Shown here piece by piece: positions 48,438 through 57,224 of a stretch of 64,000 nucleotides of DNA. The notes below the pieces were generated by a model. That model did no database searches. It had not been told where the DNA came from and saw only the letters and a program-made list of their open reading frames with translations. The DNA comes from Beijerinckiaceae bacterium (lineage in GTDB: Bacteria > Pseudomonadota > Alphaproteobacteria > Rhizobiales > Beijerinckiaceae). A program made the translations under genes and the position numbers. The first letter of the stretch is position 1. Every line of letters starts with the position of its first letter. The stretch is taken from positions 2,033,205-2,097,204 of the forward strand of contig CBDIPN010000001.1 of the NCBI GenBank assembly GCA_965283735.1, written 5' to 3'.

Positions 48438-48797
48438 CTATCGGCCGACGGCGGCGGTCACGATGATCTCGACGAGAACGTCGGGCGCGCCCATCTCGCA
48501 TTGCGCCGTCGCGCGCGTCGGCGCTGCATTCGGCGCGGTCCAGGCGTTCCAGATCTCGTTCATGCCCTCGAAGTCGCGCGCCAGATCCTTGATCCAGATC
48601 TGGGCGGTGAGAACCCGGCTCTTGTCGGTGCCGGCCTTCGCCAGAAACTGTTCGATCTTTTCGAGCGTCTGCCTGGTCTGCCCCTTGATGTCCTGGCTGC
48701 GGTCGTCGGCGGTCATGCCACCGACATAGACAACACCGTTATAGACGACGACGCGGCTGCGGCGCGGGTCGGTTTCGACGCGGACGATATCGTTCAT
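48438..48797 (-). CDS. RidA/YjgF family protein
   Basis: 119 aa. ..QTRQTLEKIEQFL..RVLTAQIWIKD..VEIIVTAA. Confidence 0.8.
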   Translation of the reverse strand: MNDIVRVETDPRRSRVVVYNGVVYVGGMTADDRSQDIKGQTRQTLEKIEQFLAKAGTDKSRVLTAQIWIKDLARDFEGMNEIWNAWTAPNAAPTRATAQCEMGAPDVLVEIIVTAAVGR

Positions 48798-48832
48798 GGC
48801 TTTCTCCTTTTTCGGTGGATCGAGTTGCTGAT

Positions 48833-50200
48833 CTACGAGACGAAATCGCCCAGCATGACCGGCTTGATGGGCGCCCTAATGCGGTAGTAGCCGACCTCGT
48901 CCGGCGCGGCGCCGCGCGCCTCGGCGATGATCTCGGTGACCGTTAGCCCGCACAGCCGCCCCTGGCAGGGCCCCATTCCGCAGCGGCCGAAGGCCTTCGT
49001 CTGATTTGGCCCGCGGCAGCCGAGCGCGACATAGCCACGGATCTGCCCCGCGGTTACCTCTTCGCAGCGACAGACGATCACCTCGGGATCGTGGGGGACG
49101 CGATGCTCGTCGCTCGGCCGGTAGAGCCTGTTCAGGAACCGCCGGATATGGCTTTGCCGTTCGAACCGACCGAGCAGCGCCGCCCGCCGACCGGCATCGA
49201 CCGCGCGACCGGCACGTTCCGCTATGGCGAGGGCCGACAGCCGCCCCTGCGTCGCCGACGCCTGAGCGCCGACGATGGCCCGGCTGTCCCCGGCGACGTA
49301 GACCGGCGTCTCGCCCAGTCGTCCCCAAAGGTCCGTCTCAGGCAACCAGCACAACTGCTCGCCGTCCCAACGATGAGCGGTCCCCGTCGACCACGACAAC
49401 TGCGTGTTCGGAACGACGCCCTGATGCAGCAGCACTAGCGACGCGGGTATCGTCACGCGCCGGCCCCGATGGCGGAAGCCGAGGCCCTCCGCCTGCCGCT
49501 CCCCTTGGATCGCAAGGTCGCGCGCGCCCGAATAGAACCTGACGCTATGCCTGCGCAGCGTCGCGATCAGCTTGAGGCCTTTGGCGAGGTCCCGCCAACC
49601 GCGCAAAGCGCCGATCCCGTGCCGGACAGCGCCCAGATAGCCCGACCGAGCCGTGGTATCGACGATGGCTGCGATCGTCACGCCGGCACGAAGATATTGC
49701 CAGGCGAGGAGGTAGAGCAGCGGCCCGCAGCCCGCTAGCAGGACCGGCCCGTTGGGAACGGCGCCGGAACCTTTCAGGAGGATCTGCGCCGCACCGGCGC
49801 CCAGCACGCCGGGAAGCGTCCAGCCCTTGATCGGGAAAGGCCGTTCCATGGCGCCGCTGGCCAGCAGCACGGCCTTGCCGACGATCTGTCGCGATCGTCC
49901 GTCCATGACGTAGTCCACCGCGCCATTCTGCGCGACGTTCCAGACGACGGCTCCGCGCAGGTGCTCGGCGCCGCTGCCACGGAACTCTGTCGCGAGAGCC
50001 CGCCCGGATTCGTAATCCTTGCCGAGCACCGCGATGCGATCGGGAGGCGCGGCCTCGATGTTGCGATAGATCTGGCCGCCGGGCGCAGGCTGCTCGTCGA
50101 GCACGGTCACGGAGAGACCGAGAGTGCGCGCTTCGCAGGCTGCGGCCATGCCGGCCGGCCCGCAGCCGACGACGACGAGGTCCGCTTCAGCAGCGCTCAT
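48833..50200 (-). CDS. FAD/NAD(P)-dependent oxidoreductase, opine oxidase subunit A-like
   Basis: VVVGCGPAGMAAA. C-terminal BFD-like CRCEEV..C..C.GRLC. Confidence 0.75.
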   Translation of the reverse strand: MSAAEADLVVVGCGPAGMAAACEARTLGLSVTVLDEQPAPGGQIYRNIEAAPPDRIAVLGKDYESGRALATEFRGSGAEHLRGAVVWNVAQNGAVDYVMDGRSRQIVGKAVLLASGAMERPFPIKGWTLPGVLGAGAAQILLKGSGAVPNGPVLLAGCGPLLYLLAWQYLRAGVTIAAIVDTTARSGYLGAVRHGIGALRGWRDLAKGLKLIATLRRHSVRFYSGARDLAIQGERQAEGLGFRHRGRRVTIPASLVLLHQGVVPNTQLSWSTGTAHRWDGEQLCWLPETDLWGRLGETPVYVAGDSRAIVGAQASATQGRLSALAIAERAGRAVDAGRRAALLGRFERQSHIRRFLNRLYRPSDEHRVPHDPEVIVCRCEEVTAGQIRGYVALGCRGPNQTKAFGRCGMGPCQGRLCGLTVTEIIAEARGAAPDEVGYYRIRAPIKPVMLGDFVS

Positions 50201-50529
50201 GGCTCTTCTCCGAAACTGAATTCTTCGAGATGGGCCGCTCCGCGCTGGCGTGTAACGACCATCCCTTCGCGGACGGGGATCAGGCAGCTCTGGCGGGCCG
50301 GCACCCCGTCGATCTCCACGAGGCATTCGAAGCAGACGCCCATCATGCAATAGGCCCCGCGCGGAACACCGCCGACGACACTCGACCGGAACTCCCTGAC
50401 GCCACCCACCAGCAGAGCTGCGGCGACTGTGATGCCGGCCGGAACGCGCAACGGCATGCCTTCGAATACGATCGTGACCGAAGCCTGGGCCGGCGCGTCC
50501 GGAACGCTGAAGAGCGGCTCAATGGTCAT
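50197..50529 (-). CDS. small (2Fe-2S)-binding protein
   Basis: 110 aa. GAYCMMGVCFECLVEIDG. Overlaps both neighbouring genes. Confidence 0.7.
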   Translation of the reverse strand: MTIEPLFSVPDAPAQASVTIVFEGMPLRVPAGITVAAALLVGGVREFRSSVVGGVPRGAYCMMGVCFECLVEIDGVPARQSCLIPVREGMVVTRQRGAAHLEEFSFGEEP

Positions 50530-51655
50530 GGGAGAAGCTCGCATCGGGGTCGAGGAAGCGATCGCCGGTAAACACCTCAAAGCCCGCGGGCGCCTGCGAC
50601 TGGCCGGCCATCCAGGGGCCGACCACGTAGCAATGGGCGGCCGCGAGCGTGACCCCGCTATGGCTGGTAGCGAGGAAGGCTCCCGGGCAGGACGTCGATT
50701 CCTGGTAGATCGGGTATCCGTCCGGGGTGAGTGGCCTGAGCGCCCCCCACGCCCGGACAAGGCGAGCGCGCGCGAGAGCCGGGAAGGTTTCGACCGCGCG
50801 GCGTGCCAGCACCTCGATCTTGTCCGTCGTCGTGCCGTCGTCGAGGCCGACATCCTCGGACGTCGATCCGATCTGGACGCTGCCCTCGCGCGTCTGCCGG
50901 CACTTGTTCGTCGGATAATCGATAAAGCGCTTCAGCCGCTCGGTGATGAGCACTTGGCCGCGGGTCGAGGCGATGGGGGCGTGCAGGCCGATATTTGCGG
51001 CCAGCTCGCCGTTGCCCAGCCCCGCCGCCAGCACGATCCGGTCGCTCTTCCAGCTCTGCCCGTCCTTCGAGATGGCCTCGAACGAGCCGTTGTCACGATC
51101 GTGCCTGATGTCCGAGACGTCCACGCCGGTGATCACATCCGCCCCGCGGTGACGAAGCGCGGCGTGCAGACCGCGCAGCAGCATGAGGGGGTTGGCGTGG
51201 CCGTCCAGCGGGCAGAAGCTTCCGCCCACCACCGCCGGCCCGATCCCGGGGAGATACTGCCGCAGCTCCGAGGGATCCATCATCTTGAAGGGAATACCGC
51301 CGACCTCGCGGTCGATCCGTTCCAGAAGATCGGCGCGCGCCCTGACATCGGCATCGTTGAAGCCGAGCCAGAAACCGCCCGGCTGTTCGAGGCCGGCATC
51401 GACCTCGGTCAGATCGAGCAGTTCCTTCTGCAGGTTCGGCCAGAGCTTCAGCGCGTCGCGGCTCCAGCTCGCATAGCGAGGCATCTTGCCGCCCTTGCTC
51501 GAAACCCAGACCAGGCCAAAATTGCCGCGCGAGGCGCGAAAGGCCGTGTCGCCCTGGTCGAGCACGCGTACGCGCAGTCCCTCCCGCAGCGCTCCGTAGG
51601 CAATGGCGGCGCCCACAAGCCCGCCTCCTACCACCGTCATCATCTGGTTGCTCAT
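50519..51655 (-). CDS. FAD-dependent oxidoreductase, opine oxidase subunit B/DadA-like
   Basis: VVGGGLVGAAIAY, with DAO-family collinearity. Confidence 0.75.
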   Translation of the reverse strand: MSNQMMTVVGGGLVGAAIAYGALREGLRVRVLDQGDTAFRASRGNFGLVWVSSKGGKMPRYASWSRDALKLWPNLQKELLDLTEVDAGLEQPGGFWLGFNDADVRARADLLERIDREVGGIPFKMMDPSELRQYLPGIGPAVVGGSFCPLDGHANPLMLLRGLHAALRHRGADVITGVDVSDIRHDRDNGSFEAISKDGQSWKSDRIVLAAGLGNGELAANIGLHAPIASTRGQVLITERLKRFIDYPTNKCRQTREGSVQIGSTSEDVGLDDGTTTDKIEVLARRAVETFPALARARLVRAWGALRPLTPDGYPIYQESTSCPGAFLATSHSGVTLAAAHCYVVGPWMAGQSQAPAGFEVFTGDRFLDPDASFSHDH

Positions 51656-51754
51656 GGCTGCAACTCCGGTCCAGGCCGGCTTTCGTCTCGGTTTTTGGGC
51701 GCAACAGTCCCGTCGGCGCCGATGAGGGCGGCCGTGAGGGGGCGGTCGTTTCGG

Positions 51755-52564
51755 CTACTTCTTTCCGATGAGAACCCTGTCCAGGCCGACCATGCGGTCG
51801 AGAAGGAACATGAAGGCCATCGTTCCCAGGATCAGGATGGTGGAGACCGAAGTCGTCACCGGATCAGTCAGCTGGGATATGCGGTTGTAAAGCGCGACGG
51901 GCAGCGTCGTCGTTCCAGGCGTCGCGACGAAGATGGTCATCGTGACCTCGTCGAAGCTCTGGATGAAGGCGAGGATCCATCCCGCCGCCACCCCCGGCAG
52001 GATGAGCGGCAGCAGAATGCGGCGGAAGGCGACCGCCCGCGACGCGCCAAGCGAGCGGGCGGCGGTCTCCGCGTCACGTTCGAGCCCGATCACCGCGGCG
52101 AGTGTCAGCCGCAGCGAATACGGAACCACCGTGATCGCATGGACCAGCACCAGCGCCACGAAAGAGCCGGTCCATTCCATGATCGAGAAAAAGCGCAGAA
52201 AGGCGACGCCGAGCACCACATGCGGGATCATCAGCGGCGACATCAGGAATGCCATCAGGCCGTCGCGTCCGAAAAACCGATGCCGGGCGATGGCCAGCGC
52301 CGCAGGCACGGCGAGGATCGTCGCCAGCGTCGCCGAAGCCAAGCCGAGCCAGATTGACAGCCAGAACGCGCTGATGAGTTCCGGCGCCGCCAGGATCTCC
52401 CGATACCAGCGCAGCGATGCGCCATCGAACGGCATCGACAGATATTCCTTGTCGGAGAGCGAGACCAGCATAACCACGACCAGCGGAGCCAGGATGAAGA
52501 CGGTCAGCAGAGCATGGAAGGCCAGTGCCAGCGGCCCGTTCTTCGCGATGTCCCGGCCGCTCAT
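51755..52564 (-). CDS. ABC transporter permease (PotC-like)
   Basis: EAA loop ETAARSLGASRAVAFRRILLPL. Confidence 0.85.
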   Translation of the reverse strand: MSGRDIAKNGPLALAFHALLTVFILAPLVVVMLVSLSDKEYLSMPFDGASLRWYREILAAPELISAFWLSIWLGLASATLATILAVPAALAIARHRFFGRDGLMAFLMSPLMIPHVVLGVAFLRFFSIMEWTGSFVALVLVHAITVVPYSLRLTLAAVIGLERDAETAARSLGASRAVAFRRILLPLILPGVAAGWILAFIQSFDEVTMTIFVATPGTTTLPVALYNRISQLTDPVTTSVSTILILGTMAFMFLLDRMVGLDRVLIGKK

Positions 52565-53433
52565 GCGAACACCTGTTTGAAACGCCGCTCGACGAGCCGG
52601 TTGCATCCGACGATGATCAGGATGTTGGCCAGCAGCAGGAGCACCGCGATCGCGGCTCCGAGCGGCCAATTCAGCGAGTTGAAGAACTCGTCATAGAGCG
52701 TGGTGGCGACGACCTTGACCCTGCGCCCGCCGATGATGGCCGGCGTGGCGTAGGCCGATGCCGCAAGGGCGAAGACGATGATGGCGCCCGACAGGATGCC
52801 GGGCATCAGCTGCGGCAGCATAATCCGGCGGAAGGCGGTGAAGGGCCCGGCTCCGAGCGAGCGGGCCGCGTACTCGATCTGCCCGTCGAGGCGCTGCATG
52901 GCACTCCATACGGCGATGATCATGAAGGGCAGGAAGACGTGGGTCAGAACGATGATGACGCCGGTCATCGAAAACAGCAGCCGGATGGGCTCGTCCACCA
53001 GGCCGAGCCCGCGCAGCACCGTGTTCACCACGCCCTGGCTGCCGAGCAGCACCGACCAGCCCAGCGTGCGCACTACGACGGAGATCAGCAGCGGTCCGAG
53101 AATGACGACGAAGAAGGTGCCGCGCCAGACCGGCTTCATTTTCGCGAGAATCAGCGTCTCCGGGACGCCGAGAATGATGCAGATCACCGTGACGGCGAGC
53201 GCCATCCCGCCCGTCCGTAGGAAGATTTCCTGGTAGTAGCCGTCGAGCAGGATCTCAAGATAGTTGCCGAACCCATAGGTCGGCTGGATGCCGCGCACGC
53301 CGTCGAAAGCATTGAAGGACAGGATCGCCGTCAGGACGAGCGGAACGGCCAGCAGGGCGAGGAAGAGCGCGAGCGCCGGCAGCGAGAGCAGCCAGGGCAT
53401 GCCACGATCGGCCTGAGGCGTTGAGTTAGCCAT
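52561..53433 (-). CDS. ABC transporter permease (PotB-like)
   Basis: EYAARSLGAGPFTAFRRIMLPQ. Confidence 0.85.
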   Translation of the reverse strand: MANSTPQADRGMPWLLSLPALALFLALLAVPLVLTAILSFNAFDGVRGIQPTYGFGNYLEILLDGYYQEIFLRTGGMALAVTVICIILGVPETLILAKMKPVWRGTFFVVILGPLLISVVVRTLGWSVLLGSQGVVNTVLRGLGLVDEPIRLLFSMTGVIIVLTHVFLPFMIIAVWSAMQRLDGQIEYAARSLGAGPFTAFRRIMLPQLMPGILSGAIIVFALAASAYATPAIIGGRRVKVVATTLYDEFFNSLNWPLGAAIAVLLLLANILIIVGCNRLVERRFKQVFA

Positions 53434-54493
53434 GGGCACGCTCCGGTGCGATGACGCGCAGGTCTTCCGCATTCCAGCTCACGCCGATCGTCTCGCCCTC
53501 TTCGGGCTGCGACATCCCGGCATTCTGCTGGGTGATGCGAAGCATGCCGAGCTCGGTCTCGACCTCGTAGATCCACGAGCCGCCGAGGAACAGGCGAGTG
53601 CTCACCCGTCCCTGGACCGTCGCGTTCTCGGCGGCCCCGATGCGCAAGCGTTCAGGGCGCACGAACACCGCGATTTCTCCGTCGGCTCGGCCTTCCGCGA
53701 TGGTCGTCCGGAATGTCGTGCGGCCCACCCTGACCATGACCTCGCCTCCGGACAGACCTTCGATCCGCCCGTTCAGCACGTTCGTATGTCCGAGGAAACG
53801 CGAAGCGAATTCCGACGTCGGCCTGTCATAGACCTCCTGCGGCGTGCCGAGCTGGGCGATCCCGCCATTCGTCATGACGGCGATCCGGTCGCTCATCGTC
53901 ATCGCCTCGACCTGATCGTGGGTGACCAGGATCGCGGTGATGCCGAGCCGGCGCTGCAAGGAGCGGAGTTCGACATGCATCTCGCCGCGAAGCTTGGCGT
54001 CGAGGTTGGACATCGGCTCGTCCAGCAGCAGGACACGCGGCCGGATCGCCAGGGCGCGGGCAATGGCGACGCGCTGGCGCTGCCCTCCGGAAAGTTCGCT
54101 CGGATAGCGCCCCTCCAGGCCGGCCAGGCGGACCATCGCCAGCGCCTCTTCGACGCGCCGTTTGAGTTCGCGCCGCTCGACGCGGCGCATTTCGAGGCCG
54201 AAGCCGATGTTCTGCGCCACGTTCATGTGTGGGAACAATGCATAGCTCTGGAAGACGACACCCATGTCGCGCTTCTCCGGCGCTATGTGGGTCATATCCT
54301 GTCCATCGACGACGACGCTGCCCATCGTCGGGGGGACGAAACCCGCCACCATCTGGAGGGTCGTCGTCTTGCCGCAGCCCGATGGACCGAGCAGCGACAA
54401 GAACTCGCCTTCCTTGACATCCAGGTCCACGCCGCGAACGGCCTGTACCGGGCCATAGCTCTTCGAGAGGGCGTGTAGAGACAAACTGCTCAT
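53426..54493 (-). CDS. ABC transporter ATP-binding protein (PotA-like)
   Basis: GPSGCGKTT, LSGGQRQR, LLLDEP. Confidence 0.9.
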   Translation of the reverse strand: MSSLSLHALSKSYGPVQAVRGVDLDVKEGEFLSLLGPSGCGKTTTLQMVAGFVPPTMGSVVVDGQDMTHIAPEKRDMGVVFQSYALFPHMNVAQNIGFGLEMRRVERRELKRRVEEALAMVRLAGLEGRYPSELSGGQRQRVAIARALAIRPRVLLLDEPMSNLDAKLRGEMHVELRSLQRRLGITAILVTHDQVEAMTMSDRIAVMTNGGIAQLGTPQEVYDRPTSEFASRFLGHTNVLNGRIEGLSGGEVMVRVGRTTFRTTIAEGRADGEIAVFVRPERLRIGAAENATVQGRVSTRLFLGGSWIYEVETELGMLRITQQNAGMSQPEEGETIGVSWNAEDLRVIAPERAHG

Positions 54494-54545
54494 GGTTCCG
54501 ATGGGCTTTCGCTTGGGCGATTGCGGAGATCGGGCGCTGACGCCC

Positions 54546-55571
54546 TTATCTCTCGATCGTGCGGTTCCAGCGATTGGTCCATTCGGCGCGCTTCTTGTTG
54601 ATCTCGCTCCACTGGATCGTGATCATCCTGCCGACACGCTCATCGCCATACGGCAGCTGCTCGGCGAGCTTCTCGTCCAGCTTGGTCTGGCGGTTGGTGG
54701 GACCGAAGCCTTCCGTGGCGAGCTTCGACTGAATTTCGGGCGTGACGAGATATTGCAGGAAGGCCTGGGAGGCTTCGGGGAGGTTGTTCTGGACGATCGG
54801 ACAAGCGCCCAGTACGAGCGCCGGCGTGCCTTCCTTCGGATAGACGAATTCCATCGGAAAGCCGGTGTTCTTGAGAGCCACCGCACGGCTGCTGCCCCAA
54901 ACCGCGACGTCGACGTCGTTGTTCTGGAACATCTCCGCGAGCTTGGCCGGCGAGGAGGACCAGCTCAGGATGTTCGGCGCCAGCGATTTGCGGATCGAGT
55001 CGAAGCCGGGCTCGATGTTGCTCTCGTCCCCGCCATTGATGCGGGCGAACATCACCAGCGTATGCACCCCATAGGTGCCGGACAGCGAGGAGGCCGTGGC
55101 GCGCCCTTCGAGCTTCTTGTCTGTCAAATCTTTCCAGGAGGTCGGCGCCGGCCAACCCTTTTTCTTGTAGTTGGCGGCGTTGTAGGCGATTCCGGTCGCC
55201 ACCAAGCCGACACCGATGCCGTTGCCTCCGAATTGGGCGAAGGGATAGATCTCCTTGTAGATCGGGGCGTCGGCGAGCTTGTCGCAGTAGCCGAACTGGA
55301 TCGCCTGATAGAGCGGCCCGTCATCGACGATCGCGACGTTGATCTCCTGCTTGCCGGCTTGTGCCTGCAGCTTTGCGACGATCTCGCTCGAAATCCCCGG
55401 AACGTAAGTAATCTTAACGTTATGCTTGGCCTCGAACGCGGGAATGATCTGGGTTTGAAAAAGTTTCTGCGTGCTGCCCCCAGGGCCGGCGACGTACATG
55501 GTCTGCTGAGCCAGCGCAGGCGGAGCAAAAATCAGCGCGCCGGACAGCAAAAGATTGCGAAAGCGAGTCAT
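54546..55571 (-). CDS. ABC transporter periplasmic substrate-binding protein
   Basis: Signal peptide MTRFRNLLLSGALIFAPPALA. GGAGGGG RBS. PotD/F-like size. Confidence 0.8.
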   Translation of the reverse strand: MTRFRNLLLSGALIFAPPALAQQTMYVAGPGGSTQKLFQTQIIPAFEAKHNVKITYVPGISSEIVAKLQAQAGKQEINVAIVDDGPLYQAIQFGYCDKLADAPIYKEIYPFAQFGGNGIGVGLVATGIAYNAANYKKKGWPAPTSWKDLTDKKLEGRATASSLSGTYGVHTLVMFARINGGDESNIEPGFDSIRKSLAPNILSWSSSPAKLAEMFQNNDVDVAVWGSSRAVALKNTGFPMEFVYPKEGTPALVLGACPIVQNNLPEASQAFLQYLVTPEIQSKLATEGFGPTNRQTKLDEKLAEQLPYGDERVGRMITIQWSEINKKRAEWTNRWNRTIER

Positions 55572-55795
55572 TACCCCTCCGAACATTCTATTTGAGCTGA
55601 GGCGTGACGCGTTCTCCTCCCGCCACAACCTCATGAGCAGGCAGGCTAAGAACCAGCTGTCATTAGAGCAAATAGAAATAAGCCGAGGGTCTATGCAGTG
55701 ACGATATAGCCTCCGCATCCTTCCGGCTCCAGCCGCCGGAGGGAATCCGGGCCGGCATGCGGGAGCGCATCGACGCCCGGTTCGTCGATGTCGTT

Positions 55796-56749
55796 CTATT
55801 TTTCGCCGCGCTTCGGAGCGGCCGAGAGCGCCGCCTTCTCCTCCGCCGTCACGGCCTTGAGGACCTCGACGAAACTGGCGACCAGGCGGTTTTCCGGGCG
55901 CCCCTTCGGGTAGATCAGTCGGGCTTCGTGCTTGATCGAGGGGCGGAAGGGACGCATGACGACGCCTAGATGCCGGTAGTCCTGTGCCGCGAGCGGGTTG
56001 ACGATCGCCACGCCCAGCCCTTGCGCCACCAGTGAGCAGGTGATCGTGCTGAACGGCGTTTCGAGAGTGATGCGCCGCTCGATGCCGGCCTTCGAGAACA
56101 CCTCGTCGACTTCCGAACGACCGCGGTCGTTCTGTGCGAAGGAGATGTAGGGCTCGTCCGCAAGATCAGCCGGTCGCACCGCCGTGCGAACCACCAGGCG
56201 ATGCTCCGCCGGCATCAGGCAGACCCCGTCGATGCGATACAGCTCCTCGCTGGCAAAGCCGTAATTCTCATAGAGGTGCGAGACGATTCCGACATCGCAG
56301 GACATCTCGTCGACCCATTGCGACACGGCCGCCGAATGCCCCGCATGGATCGAAATGCCGGTTTCCGGATAGATTTCCGCGAAGCGCTTGATCGCGCGGG
56401 GGATCAGGCCGTGAGCCAGGGTCTGGATCGACCCGATCCGCAACAGTCCCCCGCTGAACCGGCGGATACGGTTGGCCGCCTCCTCCAGTCGCCTAAGACC
56501 GTGGAAACTGCGCTGAACCTCGTTGAAAAATGTCAGGCCGTCCGTGGTTGGCACCACTTTTCCCGGCATCCGCTCGAACAACTGCAGTCCGATGGCCTTT
56601 TCTAGCTGCGCGATCGAGCGGCTGACATTCGGCTGCGAGGTATGAAGGATACGAGCGGCCGCGGTAGTGGAGCCGGTGATCATGACCGCGCGAAAGGCCT
56701 CGACGTGAGAAAACCGCACTCCTTCGCGCTCCCTCAAAGCACTCAGCAT
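55796..56749 (-). CDS. LysR-family transcriptional regulator (OccR/NocR-like context)
   Basis: HTH FRAVMITGSTTAAARILHTSQPNVSRSIAQLE. Confidence 0.85.
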   Translation of the reverse strand: MLSALREREGVRFSHVEAFRAVMITGSTTAAARILHTSQPNVSRSIAQLEKAIGLQLFERMPGKVVPTTDGLTFFNEVQRSFHGLRRLEEAANRIRRFSGGLLRIGSIQTLAHGLIPRAIKRFAEIYPETGISIHAGHSAAVSQWVDEMSCDVGIVSHLYENYGFASEELYRIDGVCLMPAEHRLVVRTAVRPADLADEPYISFAQNDRGRSEVDEVFSKAGIERRITLETPFSTITCSLVAQGLGVAIVNPLAAQDYRHLGVVMRPFRPSIKHEARLIYPKGRPENRLVASFVEVLKAVTAEEKAALSAAPKRGEK

Positions 56750-57224
56750 CCGAATCTGCCCGTCCTTGGCGACATGGCGGATGCCATCATTCGCGGCACC
56801 GTGCCGTCTGCCTGGATCGAGCGCAATGGTGCCGATGACGTCGAACGCCAATTCGTTCCGACTGAACTGGGCCGCGCTCGCGCGGCCGAATTACCGCCCG
56901 CGGCTGGCTAGCGCCACTTCCTGACATTGGGCAGTTGCCAGAAAGCGGGCGTTCGCGGCTGATCATGCTGCGGGCTATGTTCGACCCGTAGCGGTCAATC
57001 CGTGTTTCGGGCTCAAGCGCAAAGCGAGCCAGTTCAACACCGTGCTGAACGGGGAGCCGGCCAAATTGCCAATCTTCGTCTAGGTTTCGCCCGTTCCTAG
57101 CGCTCACGTGCACGCACTTAGCGCGATGGCCCCGATATGGTTGCTTAAAGCAGCACATGCTGCCGAAGGGACGAGTGACGTTCCATCGATTTGGGGCTAA
57201 CTGTGAAATAGAAGAAAATTTGAG

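Noticed and set aside
50429-52357. 642-aa plus-strand ORF. The same applies to similar long Arg/Gly/Asp-rich ORFs: 45890..47128-, 23076..24083-, 53432..54478+, 54492..55595+, 42546..43910+.
   Set aside because: They have antisense-of-coding composition (Arg/His/Asp/Gly rich, no motifs). Each overlaps a confidently assigned gene on the other strand.
56750-57224. 475-bp gap between the LysR gene and the OLD-family gene, including ORF 56787..57158 (minus strand).
   Set aside because: The ORF has no motifs and atypical composition. I treated the region as non-coding leader or remnant DNA, and could support no promoter or RNA motif by eye.
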